Assembly: GCA_019244185.1 (NCBI GenBank)
Contig: JAFATB010000019.1
Coordinates: 256,001-320,000 of the forward strand
Reading direction: 5' to 3'
From: Acidobacteriota bacterium
GTDB lineage: Bacteria > Acidobacteriota > Thermoanaerobaculia > Gp7-AA8
Length of the DNA: 64,000 bases
Shown here: positions 46,206-54,858 of the stretch, piece after piece
Numbering within the stretch: the first letter of the stretch is position 1
Layout: every line of letters begins with the position of its first letter
Made by a program: the position numbers and the translations under genes
Notes under the pieces: model-generated
What the model saw: the letters and a program-made list of their open reading frames with translations, nothing else
Told to the model about the DNA's origin: nothing
Database searches by the model: none

Positions 46206-47576
46206 GTGCCGCGCGCGTATCGCCTGCTCGTCTTCCTGATCCTCGCGCTCGCGGCGATCGCTCCGCTCCGCAACTACGATCTCTTCTGGCACCTGGCGAC
46301 CGGTCGCTGGATCGTCGAGCATCGCGCGCTGCCGCTGCACGATCCGTTCGCGCTGGCGAGCGCGCGCGTGCCGTGGATCAACGGCGAGTGGCTGTTCGAG
46401 CTCGTCGCGTACGCGTTGCATGCGGTCGTGGGACTGGCGGGACTGTCGGTCGCGCGCGGCGTGCTGATGGCGCTCGTCTTCGCGCTCGCGTCCGACGGCA
46501 CGCCGGCGTCGCTGCTGCTGTCGGCGATCGGCTTCGCCGGCGCGATGCCGTTGTTCGACTTTCGTCCGGCGTCGTTCGCGGCGCTGTTGGTGGTGCTGGC
46601 GATGCGCGCGAAGACGCCGCTCGCGCATGCGCTGGTCGCGCTGGTGTGGATCAACGTGCATCCGTCGGCGCTGCTCGCGCCGGTGATCGCGTTGTGTTTG
46701 ACGCGCAACGCGAAGACGACGCTGGCGAGCTTCGCGGCGCTGTTCGTGAATCCGTTCGGGTACCGCGCGCTGCTCGCACCGCTGTCGCTGGCGTCCTTCG
46801 TGAGCGGCGGCGGATTCGTGAACGCGGAATGGCTTCCGAGTCCGCCGCTCGTCTTTCCGCTGCTCTACGTCAGCATCGTCGTCGCGCTGGTCGTCTTCGC
46901 GACGGCTGAGACGCGCGACGCGGGGCGACTGCTGCTGTTCGCGCTCTTCGCGTTTCTCGCCGTGCGCTACGCGCGCAACCAGCCGCTGTACTTTGCGGCG
47001 TTTCCGCTGCTCGTCGCGCCGCACGTGCGGCGCATTCCGGCGAAGCTCGCGTATGCCGCGGCGGCCGTCGTCGTCGCGTTTGCGGCGCTGGTGAGCGAGC
47101 ATCGGCCGGGACTGATGCGCGGGCGTTTTCCGGTCGACGCGGTTGCACGTTTGAAAGCCTCGCCGCTGCGCGGGAACTTCTATAACGCCGACCAGTTCGG
47201 CGGATACCTGATCTGGTCGTTCTATCCGCAGCGGCGCGCGCTCGTCGACGGGCGCAACGAGCTGTATCGCGCGTTTCTCCCCGAGTACGCGCGTGCGCGA
47301 GAGGATCAGCGCGCGTGGAACGCGTTGCTGCGGAAGTACCGCGTCGATCTCGCCGTCGACGAATATCTCCCACCGCTGCACGTCATCGACGCGGGCAGCG
47401 GACGCGCGCGCGATCTGCCGGCGTCGCTTGCGTATTGGCCGCGCCGCGACTGGGCGCTCGTCGCGTACGACGACGCGGCGATGGTGTTCGCGCGGCGCGC
47501 GGCGTTCGGTGCGGAGTTGTCGAAGTGCGAGATCCGCGGCGTCGTGCCCGACGCGCGCGCGGAGCGAGATCGTTAA
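46206..47576 (+). CDS. Multi-pass membrane protein, possibly GT-C glycosyltransferase-like
   Basis: DLFWHLATGRWI, WINVH, GGYLIW, VDGR. Confidence 0.7.
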   Translation: MPRAYRLLVFLILALAAIAPLRNYDLFWHLATGRWIVEHRALPLHDPFALASARVPWINGEWLFELVAYALHAVVGLAGLSVARGVLMALVFALASDGTPASLLLSAIGFAGAMPLFDFRPASFAALLVVLAMRAKTPLAHALVALVWINVHPSALLAPVIALCLTRNAKTTLASFAALFVNPFGYRALLAPLSLASFVSGGGFVNAEWLPSPPLVFPLLYVSIVVALVVFATAETRDAGRLLLFALFAFLAVRYARNQPLYFAAFPLLVAPHVRRIPAKLAYAAAAVVVAFAALVSEHRPGLMRGRFPVDAVARLKASPLRGNFYNADQFGGYLIWSFYPQRRALVDGRNELYRAFLPEYARAREDQRAWNALLRKYRVDLAVDEYLPPLHVIDAGSGRARDLPASLAYWPRRDWALVAYDDAAMVFARRAAFGAELSKCEIRGVVPDARAERDR

Positions 47577-47879
47577 CTAGTTGACCATCTCGTGCGGCGA
47601 GGTGTAGCGCAGCTCTTCATCGGGCCAGCGCTGCTGCAGCACGCGGTCGAAGTGGGGACGCACGACGTTCTCGTAGCGGCGCTCGAAGCCGGGGAAGAGC
47701 TCGAGCACGGCCTTGCGCGCGCATTCGACCAGGCAGCGCGCCTCACGGTGCGAAACCGTGCGGTCGCTGCTGATGAGATTGAGGGTGAGCTCGACGATCA
47801 TGCGAACACGGCGCATTCTGCGGCGCTCGAAGAACGCGGAGGGATCCTCCGTGTGCGATTCGTGTTCGAATTTGGGCAT
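47577..47879 (-). CDS. Small hypothetical protein
   Basis: Helical protein of about 100 aa, at the end of a same-strand gene run. Confidence 0.65.
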   Translation of the reverse strand: MPKFEHESHTEDPSAFFERRRMRRVRMIVELTLNLISSDRTVSHREARCLVECARKAVLELFPGFERRYENVVRPHFDRVLQQRWPDEELRYTSPHEMVN

Positions 47880-47954
47880 CGTAGTCACCCGCCACAAACC
47901 GGGCTTGCACGCGTTGCATTCCGGCAGTCAAAAAAGCAACTGCGCGCGTGCGAA

Positions 47955-48593
47955 TCAGGCGTGCTCGCGGTCGCCGTCGGCCCAGATCTCTTCGGCCACG
48001 ACGTCGTCGACAAGTGACTCGTAGTAGCGGATCGCGCCGCGCGCGACGGCGTGCACGGAGACGTAGTTGAGCGCTCCGCCGGAAATCGCGCCGACGAACG
48101 GCACGAACTTCGTGAGGCGCTCGCGCAGGAAGCGCGCGCCGATCTTCTCCGCGATCATGCCGCCGTCGATCGTCGCCGAGCCGAGCATCGCCGCCACGCC
48201 CTGCTTCCCGATCCCCACGCCCGAGCCGAACGCGAGACACGACAGCGCCTCGGTGAACCGCTCGCGCCCATTCGGCTCGTGTCCATAGATCGTGGCGATG
48301 CCGACGACGAGGCGGAACTGCTGGTAGACGAGATAGGCGAGGTCGGCGCCGAGCGTGCCGATCGCGGCGAATCCGAGCGGCAGTCCGGTCACCGCGCCGG
48401 CCGCGGCGCAGCGGATGGCCGTGCGGCGCGCGAGCATGCGCGCGTGCTGCGCGGCGTCGAAGTCGGGCGCGGTGTCGCGCAGGTCGTCGATCTCGCGGCG
48501 CAGCTTCTCCATGTCGATCTCTTCGAAGAGAGACCGGAACACTTCTTCGAGCACGCCGTCCGCGCGGCGTTTCAGTTTCCGTGCGCTGACCAT
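47955..48593 (-). CDS. EcsC family protein
   Basis: GAVTGLP, ADL, IATIYG, KFVPFVGAISGGALN. Confidence 0.8.
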   Translation of the reverse strand: MVSARKLKRRADGVLEEVFRSLFEEIDMEKLRREIDDLRDTAPDFDAAQHARMLARRTAIRCAAAGAVTGLPLGFAAIGTLGADLAYLVYQQFRLVVGIATIYGHEPNGRERFTEALSCLAFGSGVGIGKQGVAAMLGSATIDGGMIAEKIGARFLRERLTKFVPFVGAISGGALNYVSVHAVARGAIRYYESLVDDVVAEEIWADGDREHA

Positions 48594-48610
48594 GGAGAGA
48601 ACCGCGCTGC

Positions 48611-48916
48611 TCAATCGGCCGCCTTGCCGCCGCCGTCGCTCTTCGACTCGGACTTCGTCTCGCTCTTCGTTTCCGGCTTCGCGTCGCTCTTCGATTCGCT
48701 CTTGGACTCGCCCTTCGACGAGGACGCCTTCGAGCTCGAGCTCGCGTAGTCGGTCTTGTAGAACCCCGAGCCCTTGAACTGGATCGCGGGCGAGGAGATC
48801 AGCTTCTTCATCGTGCCGCCGCATTTCGGACAGTGCTCCAGCGGCGCATCGGAGATCGACTGCAGGATCTCCTGCCGCTCGCGGCAATCGTTGCACTGGT
48901 ATTCGTAGATCGGCAT
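48611..48916 (-). CDS. FmdB family zinc-ribbon protein
   Basis: MPIYEYQC..C, CPKC, FKGSGFY.TDY. Confidence 0.92.
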   Translation of the reverse strand: MPIYEYQCNDCRERQEILQSISDAPLEHCPKCGGTMKKLISSPAIQFKGSGFYKTDYASSSSKASSSKGESKSESKSDAKPETKSETKSESKSDGGGKAAD

Positions 48917-48964
48917 CGCGATGGAGTAAACGTTGTGCGGAGGGTCTGCGATTTCAGCGCGGAT

Positions 48965-49567
48965 TCAAGAACCGAGCCGCCCGACGCGCGCGTCCGACGA
49001 CTCTTCGGCAGCGAGCACTTTCCCGTCGCGGAAGTAGACGCCGGCGATGCCGCCGTCGCGCGTCCGGTAATACCACGCTTCCATCGTCGCCTCGCCGCGC
49101 TCGCGGCGCACGGACCAGCCGGGCAGCGGCTTGCCGAGGAGCGAGGCTACTTCGTGCTGGGACATGCCTTTGGCGAGCGCGAGGAGCTTCGCGTGGGTCA
49201 CGGCGAGCCGGTCGGCCGCGAGGGCCATGCCGCGGCGCGCGACGTCGTTGGCCGGATCGTGCGTGAGGATCGACGAGTAGAGGCGGATCGCATCCTGATA
49301 GCGACCCATCGCGGCGAGGTCGCCCGCGAACTCGAGCTGCATGCGGATCCACACCTCGCGTGCGCGGCTGTGATTCGGATGCTTGACGACGAACGCGCGC
49401 AGCGAGTCGGCGTAGAGCTGCTTGTGCGCGTTGGTCGCGCCCGGCGCGGCGGCGGCCTTCTTCTGATCGAGCACGGTCCGCCACTCGGCCTGATGATCCG
49501 GCTGCGCGGCGTCATTGCCGCAGCGAAGCGCGACCAGAACGACACAAGCGAACGCGAACCGACGCAT
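48965..49567 (-). CDS. Putative lipoprotein with TPR and SmpA/OmlA-like domain
   Basis: Signal peptide ending in Cys. KGMSQHEVASLLGKP..WYY. Confidence 0.7.
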   Translation of the reverse strand: MRRFAFACVVLVALRCGNDAAQPDHQAEWRTVLDQKKAAAAPGATNAHKQLYADSLRAFVVKHPNHSRAREVWIRMQLEFAGDLAAMGRYQDAIRLYSSILTHDPANDVARRGMALAADRLAVTHAKLLALAKGMSQHEVASLLGKPLPGWSVRRERGEATMEAWYYRTRDGGIAGVYFRDGKVLAAEESSDARVGRLGS

Positions 49568-49653
49568 TGACGGACAAGGTAGCACAGGTGAATAATCGCT
49601 GAGCTTTGCGACCGCCCGTTCGGGCGCGTCAACCCATAGCAACCGGAGGATTT

Positions 49654-51195
49654 ATGGCCGTGCGGGGCGAGGAAGTCGCGGGCTCGATCGACGCTCAGGT
49701 GCGCGAGTCGATCGAGAGGATGGTGTCCGAGATCCGCTCGTCCATCGAGGACGTCCGCGTCGCCGTCGACCAGCAGTTGAAGGCCGCCCTGCAAAGCGTC
49801 CAGGCCGACGTCAACTCGATCTCCTTCCTCCCGCAGATCCAGAAATCCATCACCGACCTCGAAGAGGCGATTGAAGCGGATCGCCCGCCCGTCGCCGCGG
49901 CCGCACCCGCGCAGGCGCCCGGCTCGGCCCGCGTGAAGAGCGCCGTGCAGGCCATCGAGCGCGGCAAGTCGCAGGTCGACGTGCTCAACGGCCTGCTCGA
50001 ACAGGCGCTCGGCTTCGGCTCGCGCGCCGCGCTGCTCATCCTCCGCGGCGAGACCTTCAGCGGCTGGAAGGGCGTCGGCTTCTCCGCCTCCGGCGGCAAC
50101 GACGAAATGGTGAAGCGCTTCAACGCCGCGCCCGGCCTCATCCCCGAGCTCGACCGCGTGCTGCGCAGCGAACAGGTCGTCTCCTGGGACGGCGCCAACC
50201 TCTCCACGCGCCTCGGCGTCCCCGCATCCGCGCAGGCGGTCCTCGTGCCGATGGTGATCAAGGACAAGGTCGCCGCCGCCGTCTACGTCGACGCGGTCGA
50301 AACGGACGCGGAGAAGTTCGACCGCGCGTCGATCGAGCTGCTCGTCTTCACGACCGGTCTCCTCGTCGACACGCTCGCGATCCGCAAGAAGACGCCGTCG
50401 CCGAGCCTGTCGGATTCCGACGCGGAGCCGACCATCACCGGCAACGCGAACGCAACGCGCATCGCGGCGTCACCCGTGCAGGCGCCCGCGCCTGCGCCTG
50501 CTCCAACTCCGGCACCCGCACCCGCTCCGCAACCCGCCGCTCCTGCTACACCGCCGCCCGCACCACCCACGCCTCCGCCCCCCGCGCCCGCGCGCGACGC
50601 CGCGGCGATTCCGACGCGCACGGATCCGGGCACGGTCGCGATCAACGCCGCGCAACTGCGCGAGCTGATGGCGGCGCAGCGTCCCGGCTTCAACGTTCCG
50701 TCCGCGGAAGACTTCGGCGGCGGAACGCCCGCGACCGCGAAGATGCCGGTCGCCGAACCGCCGCGTCCGACGCCTCCGCCGGCCGCTCCGACACCCGCAC
50801 CCGCACCCGCACCCGCTCCCGCTCCCGCCGCCGCCGCGAGCGCCGCACCCGCGGCGGCGGAAGAACGCCCGTCGACGCAGTACATCCCGCCGCCGAATCT
50901 CGCGCGCGGCGGCGCGGGCGCCGGCGGCGCGGCGAGCGACGATGCGAAGAAGCACGACGAGGCGCGCCGCTTCGCGCGCCTGCTCGTCTCCGAGATCAAG
51001 CTCTACAACGAGACGAAGGTCGAGCAGGGACGCCGCAACAACGATCTCTACGAGCGACTCAAGGAAGACATCGACCGCAGCCGCCAGATGTACGACGAGC
51101 GCATCAGCGACGACGTGCGCAAGGTGTCGAACTACTTCTACGACGAGCTGGTGCGCATCCTCGCCGACGGCCGCGCCGAGGCGCTCGGCCTGTAA
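49654..51195 (+). CDS. Hypothetical protein: coiled coil, GAF-like domain, Pro/Ala linker, C-terminal helical domain
   Basis: GGAGG RBS. LVPMVIKDKVAAAVYVD. ARRFARLLVSEIKLYN. Confidence 0.8.
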   Translation: MAVRGEEVAGSIDAQVRESIERMVSEIRSSIEDVRVAVDQQLKAALQSVQADVNSISFLPQIQKSITDLEEAIEADRPPVAAAAPAQAPGSARVKSAVQAIERGKSQVDVLNGLLEQALGFGSRAALLILRGETFSGWKGVGFSASGGNDEMVKRFNAAPGLIPELDRVLRSEQVVSWDGANLSTRLGVPASAQAVLVPMVIKDKVAAAVYVDAVETDAEKFDRASIELLVFTTGLLVDTLAIRKKTPSPSLSDSDAEPTITGNANATRIAASPVQAPAPAPAPTPAPAPAPQPAAPATPPPAPPTPPPPAPARDAAAIPTRTDPGTVAINAAQLRELMAAQRPGFNVPSAEDFGGGTPATAKMPVAEPPRPTPPPAAPTPAPAPAPAPAPAAAASAAPAAAEERPSTQYIPPPNLARGGAGAGGAASDDAKKHDEARRFARLLVSEIKLYNETKVEQGRRNNDLYERLKEDIDRSRQMYDERISDDVRKVSNYFYDELVRILADGRAEALGL

Positions 51196-51254
51196 GTAGC
51201 CGCTCGCGGCAATCGCGCCTTCAGCCACAACCCCTGAAGAAGCCTGGGGCAACC

Positions 51255-51277
51255 AGCGCAGCCGGCCGCGCCGGCCC
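51255..51277. repeat. Single REP-like unit
   Basis: agcgcagccggccgcgccggccc matches the arms of the 53618-53761 hairpin. Confidence 0.6.
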
Positions 51278-51309
51278 GGCTGGCGTAGGGCTCGCACAGT
51301 GCCCAGACT

Positions 51310-53616
51310 GTGTTGCAGTTGCTGCGCGGCCGGCGGTGGATCGTGCTCGTCGTGGTGCTGGTGGTCATCGCCGGCATCGGCGTCGTCACGTTCCTGCAGC
51401 GCGGACGCCTCGTCAGCCCGCGCAAGGAAGCGAACGTCCCGCAGAAGCCGGAGGCGCCGCCCGATCTCGCGAAGCTGCGCGACGCGTTCACCGCGGGCGT
51501 CGAAGCGATGGCGCACGACGACGGCGCGGAAGCGGTCAAGCGCTTCTCGTCATTCACCTTCGGCAACCGCGCGGTCGAGGAGTACCGTCTCTACTATCTC
51601 GCAAACGCGTATCAGCTGACCGGCGACAGCGAACGCGCGCGCGTCACGCTGGCGGCGCTCTGGCGCCGCGATCCGCAACTCATCTACGCGCACGACGCCG
51701 CATTCAACCTCGCGAACCTCTACACCGCACTGGGCGACCGCGATCACGCCGCAGACGTCTACGCGACGCTGGCGCGACGCGCCGGCGAGCCCGCGGTGGC
51801 CGCGTCCGCGCGCTGGGCGACGACGGTCGCGCGCGTGCAGACCGGCGACGTCTCCGGCGCGTTCTTCGCCGCGCGCAACATCCTCATCGAGAGCCCGCGC
51901 GCGCCGGAGGCGGCGAACGCCGTCGCGTTCGTCCACGCCATCACCGGCACGACCGACAACGACCCGCTGCCGCTCACGCCGAGCGAGCGTGTCACGCGCG
52001 GCGTGGCATTCCTCGCCGCGGGCGATCCGCAGAACGCGCTCGATGAACTGAACCTCGTCGCGCCGTCCGCGCCGGCGTCGCTGCATCTGCAGGTCGAGCT
52101 GCAACGCGGCCTCGCGCTCAGTCAGCTGCGCCGCTACGAGGACTCGAACAAGATCCTCGAGCCGCTGACGTCCGTCTACTTCAAGTACTCGATCCCCGCG
52201 CTGCGCTGCGCCGCGCGCAACTACGCGATCCTCTCCGCGTCAATCGATCCGAATGTCAACAAAGTCATCAAGGAGAAGAAGCAGGTCGGCACGACGAAGG
52301 TGCGCGTCGGCAAAGGCAAAGCGAAGAAGACCGTCACGAAGCCGAAGTTCCAGACGGTCTCGAAGACCGTGAAGCTGGTCGATCTCGCGAAGAAGAAAAA
52401 GAAGGACGAATACGACCGCCTCGCGAGCGAGCGGCTCAAGGACCTGCTCTCGCTGCCGATCGACGACGACGTGCGCTTTGAGACGCTGAACGCGCTCGCC
52501 GACCGCGCCATCGCGAAAAACCAGATCGACTATCTCCAGCAGGTCGTGCCACAGATCGTGAAGCTCGACACGTTCGCCGATCCCGCGCTGCAGTATCTGT
52601 GGGACCGCGCCTGGGCCGCGTACACGCGCAGCGATCTCGCCGGCGCGCGCACGCAGTTCCGCTTCATCGCCGATACCTACACGCAGGCCAACGTCCGCCG
52701 CCAATCCGAATACTGGTACGCGCGCACCGTCGAGCGCCTCGGCGGCAAGGCCGAAGCGGCGGCGATCTACCAGAAGCTCGCCAACGGGCCGTACGTCGAT
52801 CTCTACGCGCGGCACTCCATCGCCCGCGGTGCGAAACGCGTGGATATCAAATCAAATCCGCTCGAGAAGCAGGGGGCCGACTGGCGCGAGATCGCCGAGA
52901 AGCAGATGCCGCGCGAGCTCGAGCTCGCGTACGAGCTGACCGCGCTCTCGTCGATGCGCGACGCGCTGCTCGAGACGCGCAAGAACACGAACCGCTCGAA
53001 CACGCGCTTCGCCGAAGCGCTCATGGCCGACTACTACAACAGCACCAGCGACGAGCAGCTGATGTACCGCTCCCTCAAACGCGCGTGGCCGCAGCTCGCG
53101 ACCGTCGATCAGGACACGGTGCCCGCCTACTTTTTGCGCATGTACTACCCGCTGCGCTACGGCGACGACATCGAGAAGTATTCGAAGAAGAACGGCGTCG
53201 ATCCGAACGTCGTGCGCGGCCTCATCCTGCAGGAGAGCTACTACAACCCCGAGGCAAAGTCGGGCGTCGGCGCGACAGGCCTCATGCAACTTATGCCCGC
53301 CACCGCCGCTGAACACGCGCGCCATCTGCACGTGCCGTTCGCGACGTCACGTCTCGAGAATCCCACGGTCAACGTGGAGCTCGGCACCTACCACCTGCGC
53401 ATGCTGATGAATCTCTTCGGCGGCAACGTCGATCTCGCCGTCGCGTCCTACAACGCGGGGCAGGGCAACGTGATGAAGTGGCGCCGCGCCGCGCCGCACA
53501 AGCCGATGGACGAGTTCCTCGAGTCGATCCCGTTCCCCGAAACCCGCAACTACGTGAAACGCGTGCGCATGCTGCAGAGTTCGTACGCTCGGATCAACGG
53601 AGAGGGAACGACGTAG
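51310..53616 (+). CDS. Slt70-like lytic transglycosylase with TPRs
   Basis: ILQES, GLMQL, SYNAG, ETRNYV. N-terminal TM helix. Confidence 0.92.
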   Translation: MLQLLRGRRWIVLVVVLVVIAGIGVVTFLQRGRLVSPRKEANVPQKPEAPPDLAKLRDAFTAGVEAMAHDDGAEAVKRFSSFTFGNRAVEEYRLYYLANAYQLTGDSERARVTLAALWRRDPQLIYAHDAAFNLANLYTALGDRDHAADVYATLARRAGEPAVAASARWATTVARVQTGDVSGAFFAARNILIESPRAPEAANAVAFVHAITGTTDNDPLPLTPSERVTRGVAFLAAGDPQNALDELNLVAPSAPASLHLQVELQRGLALSQLRRYEDSNKILEPLTSVYFKYSIPALRCAARNYAILSASIDPNVNKVIKEKKQVGTTKVRVGKGKAKKTVTKPKFQTVSKTVKLVDLAKKKKKDEYDRLASERLKDLLSLPIDDDVRFETLNALADRAIAKNQIDYLQQVVPQIVKLDTFADPALQYLWDRAWAAYTRSDLAGARTQFRFIADTYTQANVRRQSEYWYARTVERLGGKAEAAAIYQKLANGPYVDLYARHSIARGAKRVDIKSNPLEKQGADWREIAEKQMPRELELAYELTALSSMRDALLETRKNTNRSNTRFAEALMADYYNSTSDEQLMYRSLKRAWPQLATVDQDTVPAYFLRMYYPLRYGDDIEKYSKKNGVDPNVVRGLILQESYYNPEAKSGVGATGLMQLMPATAAEHARHLHVPFATSRLENPTVNVELGTYHLRMLMNLFGGNVDLAVASYNAGQGNVMKWRRAAPHKPMDEFLESIPFPETRNYVKRVRMLQSSYARINGEGTT

Positions 53617-53617
53617 A

Positions 53618-53761
53618 GGCCTCCGGCGGGCCGGCGCGGCCGGCGGCGCTAAGGGCCTAGCCCAGACGGACGTGCGGCTGCGCTGAACGTGCTGACTGCA
53701 GCCGCACGTGCGTACTGGCTATGCCCTTAGCGCTGCCGGCCGCGCCGGCCCGCCGGAGGCC
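53618..53761. repeat. 144-bp nested inverted repeat (REP-doublet/MITE-like)
   Basis: 39-bp outer arms with 1 mismatch, plus inner arms acgtgcggctgc/gcagccgcacgt. Lies between convergent genes. Confidence 0.85.
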
Positions 53762-53773
53762 CCTCGGTCGTCC

Positions 53774-54370
53774 TTACGGTCGTCCACTCTTGTACTTGAT
53801 CGAGCAGCCGAACTCGCGCGTCACGGGCGTGGCGACTTCGCGGCCGTCGAGGATTGCGGTGAGCGCGTTCGTGAGACCCGTCGTCTTCCGTTCCTCGGGG
53901 CGCGCGGAATCGTCGACGTAGCCGCGGTAGCGGACCACGCCGGTGCCGTCGACGACGTACACGTGCGGCGTCACGCGTGCGCCGTACGCGCGGGCGATCG
54001 CGCTGTCGGCGTCCTTGAGGTACGGATACGGATACGACTTCGCCGTCGCGCGCGACTTCATGTTCGCGAGCGTCTCCTCGGGATACGCCATGTCGTCGTT
54101 CGAGTCGATCGCGTAGAAGCGCACGCCCTTCTGCTGGAACTGCTGCGCGATCTCGATGAGGCGCGGCTCGAACGCCTTCGCGAACGGGCACTGATTGCAG
54201 GTGAAGAAGACCACTTTCAGCTGCCCGTCGTCGGGCTTCATCGCGACGGTCTTGCCGTCGATGGCGTTCACGAGCGAGAAGCGCGGCGCTTGGGCGCCGA
54301 CGGCGAGTTGTTCCTGCGCGCAAGCGGCGCCGGCGACGAGCAGCAGGGAAAGCAGCAGAGCGTTTTTCAT
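53774..54370 (-). CDS. Exported thioredoxin-fold (AhpC/TSA-like) protein
   Basis: CNQCP, TPH, YRGYVDD, GCSIK. Confidence 0.9.
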   Translation of the reverse strand: MKNALLLSLLLVAGAACAQEQLAVGAQAPRFSLVNAIDGKTVAMKPDDGQLKVVFFTCNQCPFAKAFEPRLIEIAQQFQQKGVRFYAIDSNDDMAYPEETLANMKSRATAKSYPYPYLKDADSAIARAYGARVTPHVYVVDGTGVVRYRGYVDDSARPEERKTTGLTNALTAILDGREVATPVTREFGCSIKYKSGRP

Positions 54371-54858
54371 CGAGTCCTCCTCAGCAGATCGCGCAGTCGC
54401 GCGATGAAGGCGTTACGTGCGACGGGTCCTTGATTGCGCCACAGCTCGTGGCCGGCGCGGTCGTAGACGATCGTGATCGGAATCTCGCCGGTGATGTGCA
54501 GGTGTTCGCCGAGGGCGTCGGCGTTGCCGGTGTAGTAGATATTGGGATAGCTGATTTTCTGCGCGTCGAGGAACGACGCGACCGGCTTCGGCGTCGAATC
54601 GGGGAGCATGTCGTCGAGCGAGATGCCGGCGAAGGCGATCTCGTCGCCGAAGGCCGCGTCGGCGGCGCGGAGGTCCGGCATCTCCGCGACGCACGGCGCG
54701 CACCATGTCGCCCAGACGTTCAGCACGCGCAGCTTCGCGTTCGCGCGAAAGACGCTCGCCAGCTTCGCCGGATCCTTCATCGGGCGCAGATCGGCCGCGT
54801 GCAGCGATGCCGCGCAGAGCACGGCGGCGAGCAGCGTCGCGTTACGGGATGTAGCCAT
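54367..54858 (-). CDS. TlpA-family disulfide reductase
   Basis: NVWATWCAPCVAEMP. Confidence 0.92.
   Translation of the reverse strand: MATSRNATLLAAVLCAASLHAADLRPMKDPAKLASVFRANAKLRVLNVWATWCAPCVAEMPDLRAADAAFGDEIAFAGISLDDMLPDSTPKPVASFLDAQKISYPNIYYTGNADALGEHLHITGEIPITIVYDRAGHELWRNQGPVARNAFIARLRDLLRRTR

Noticed and set aside
50480-50860. Short tandem DNA repeats (gcaccc/gctcc units) as a possible array
   Set aside because: They encode the Pro/Ala linker and have no repeat-spacer structure.
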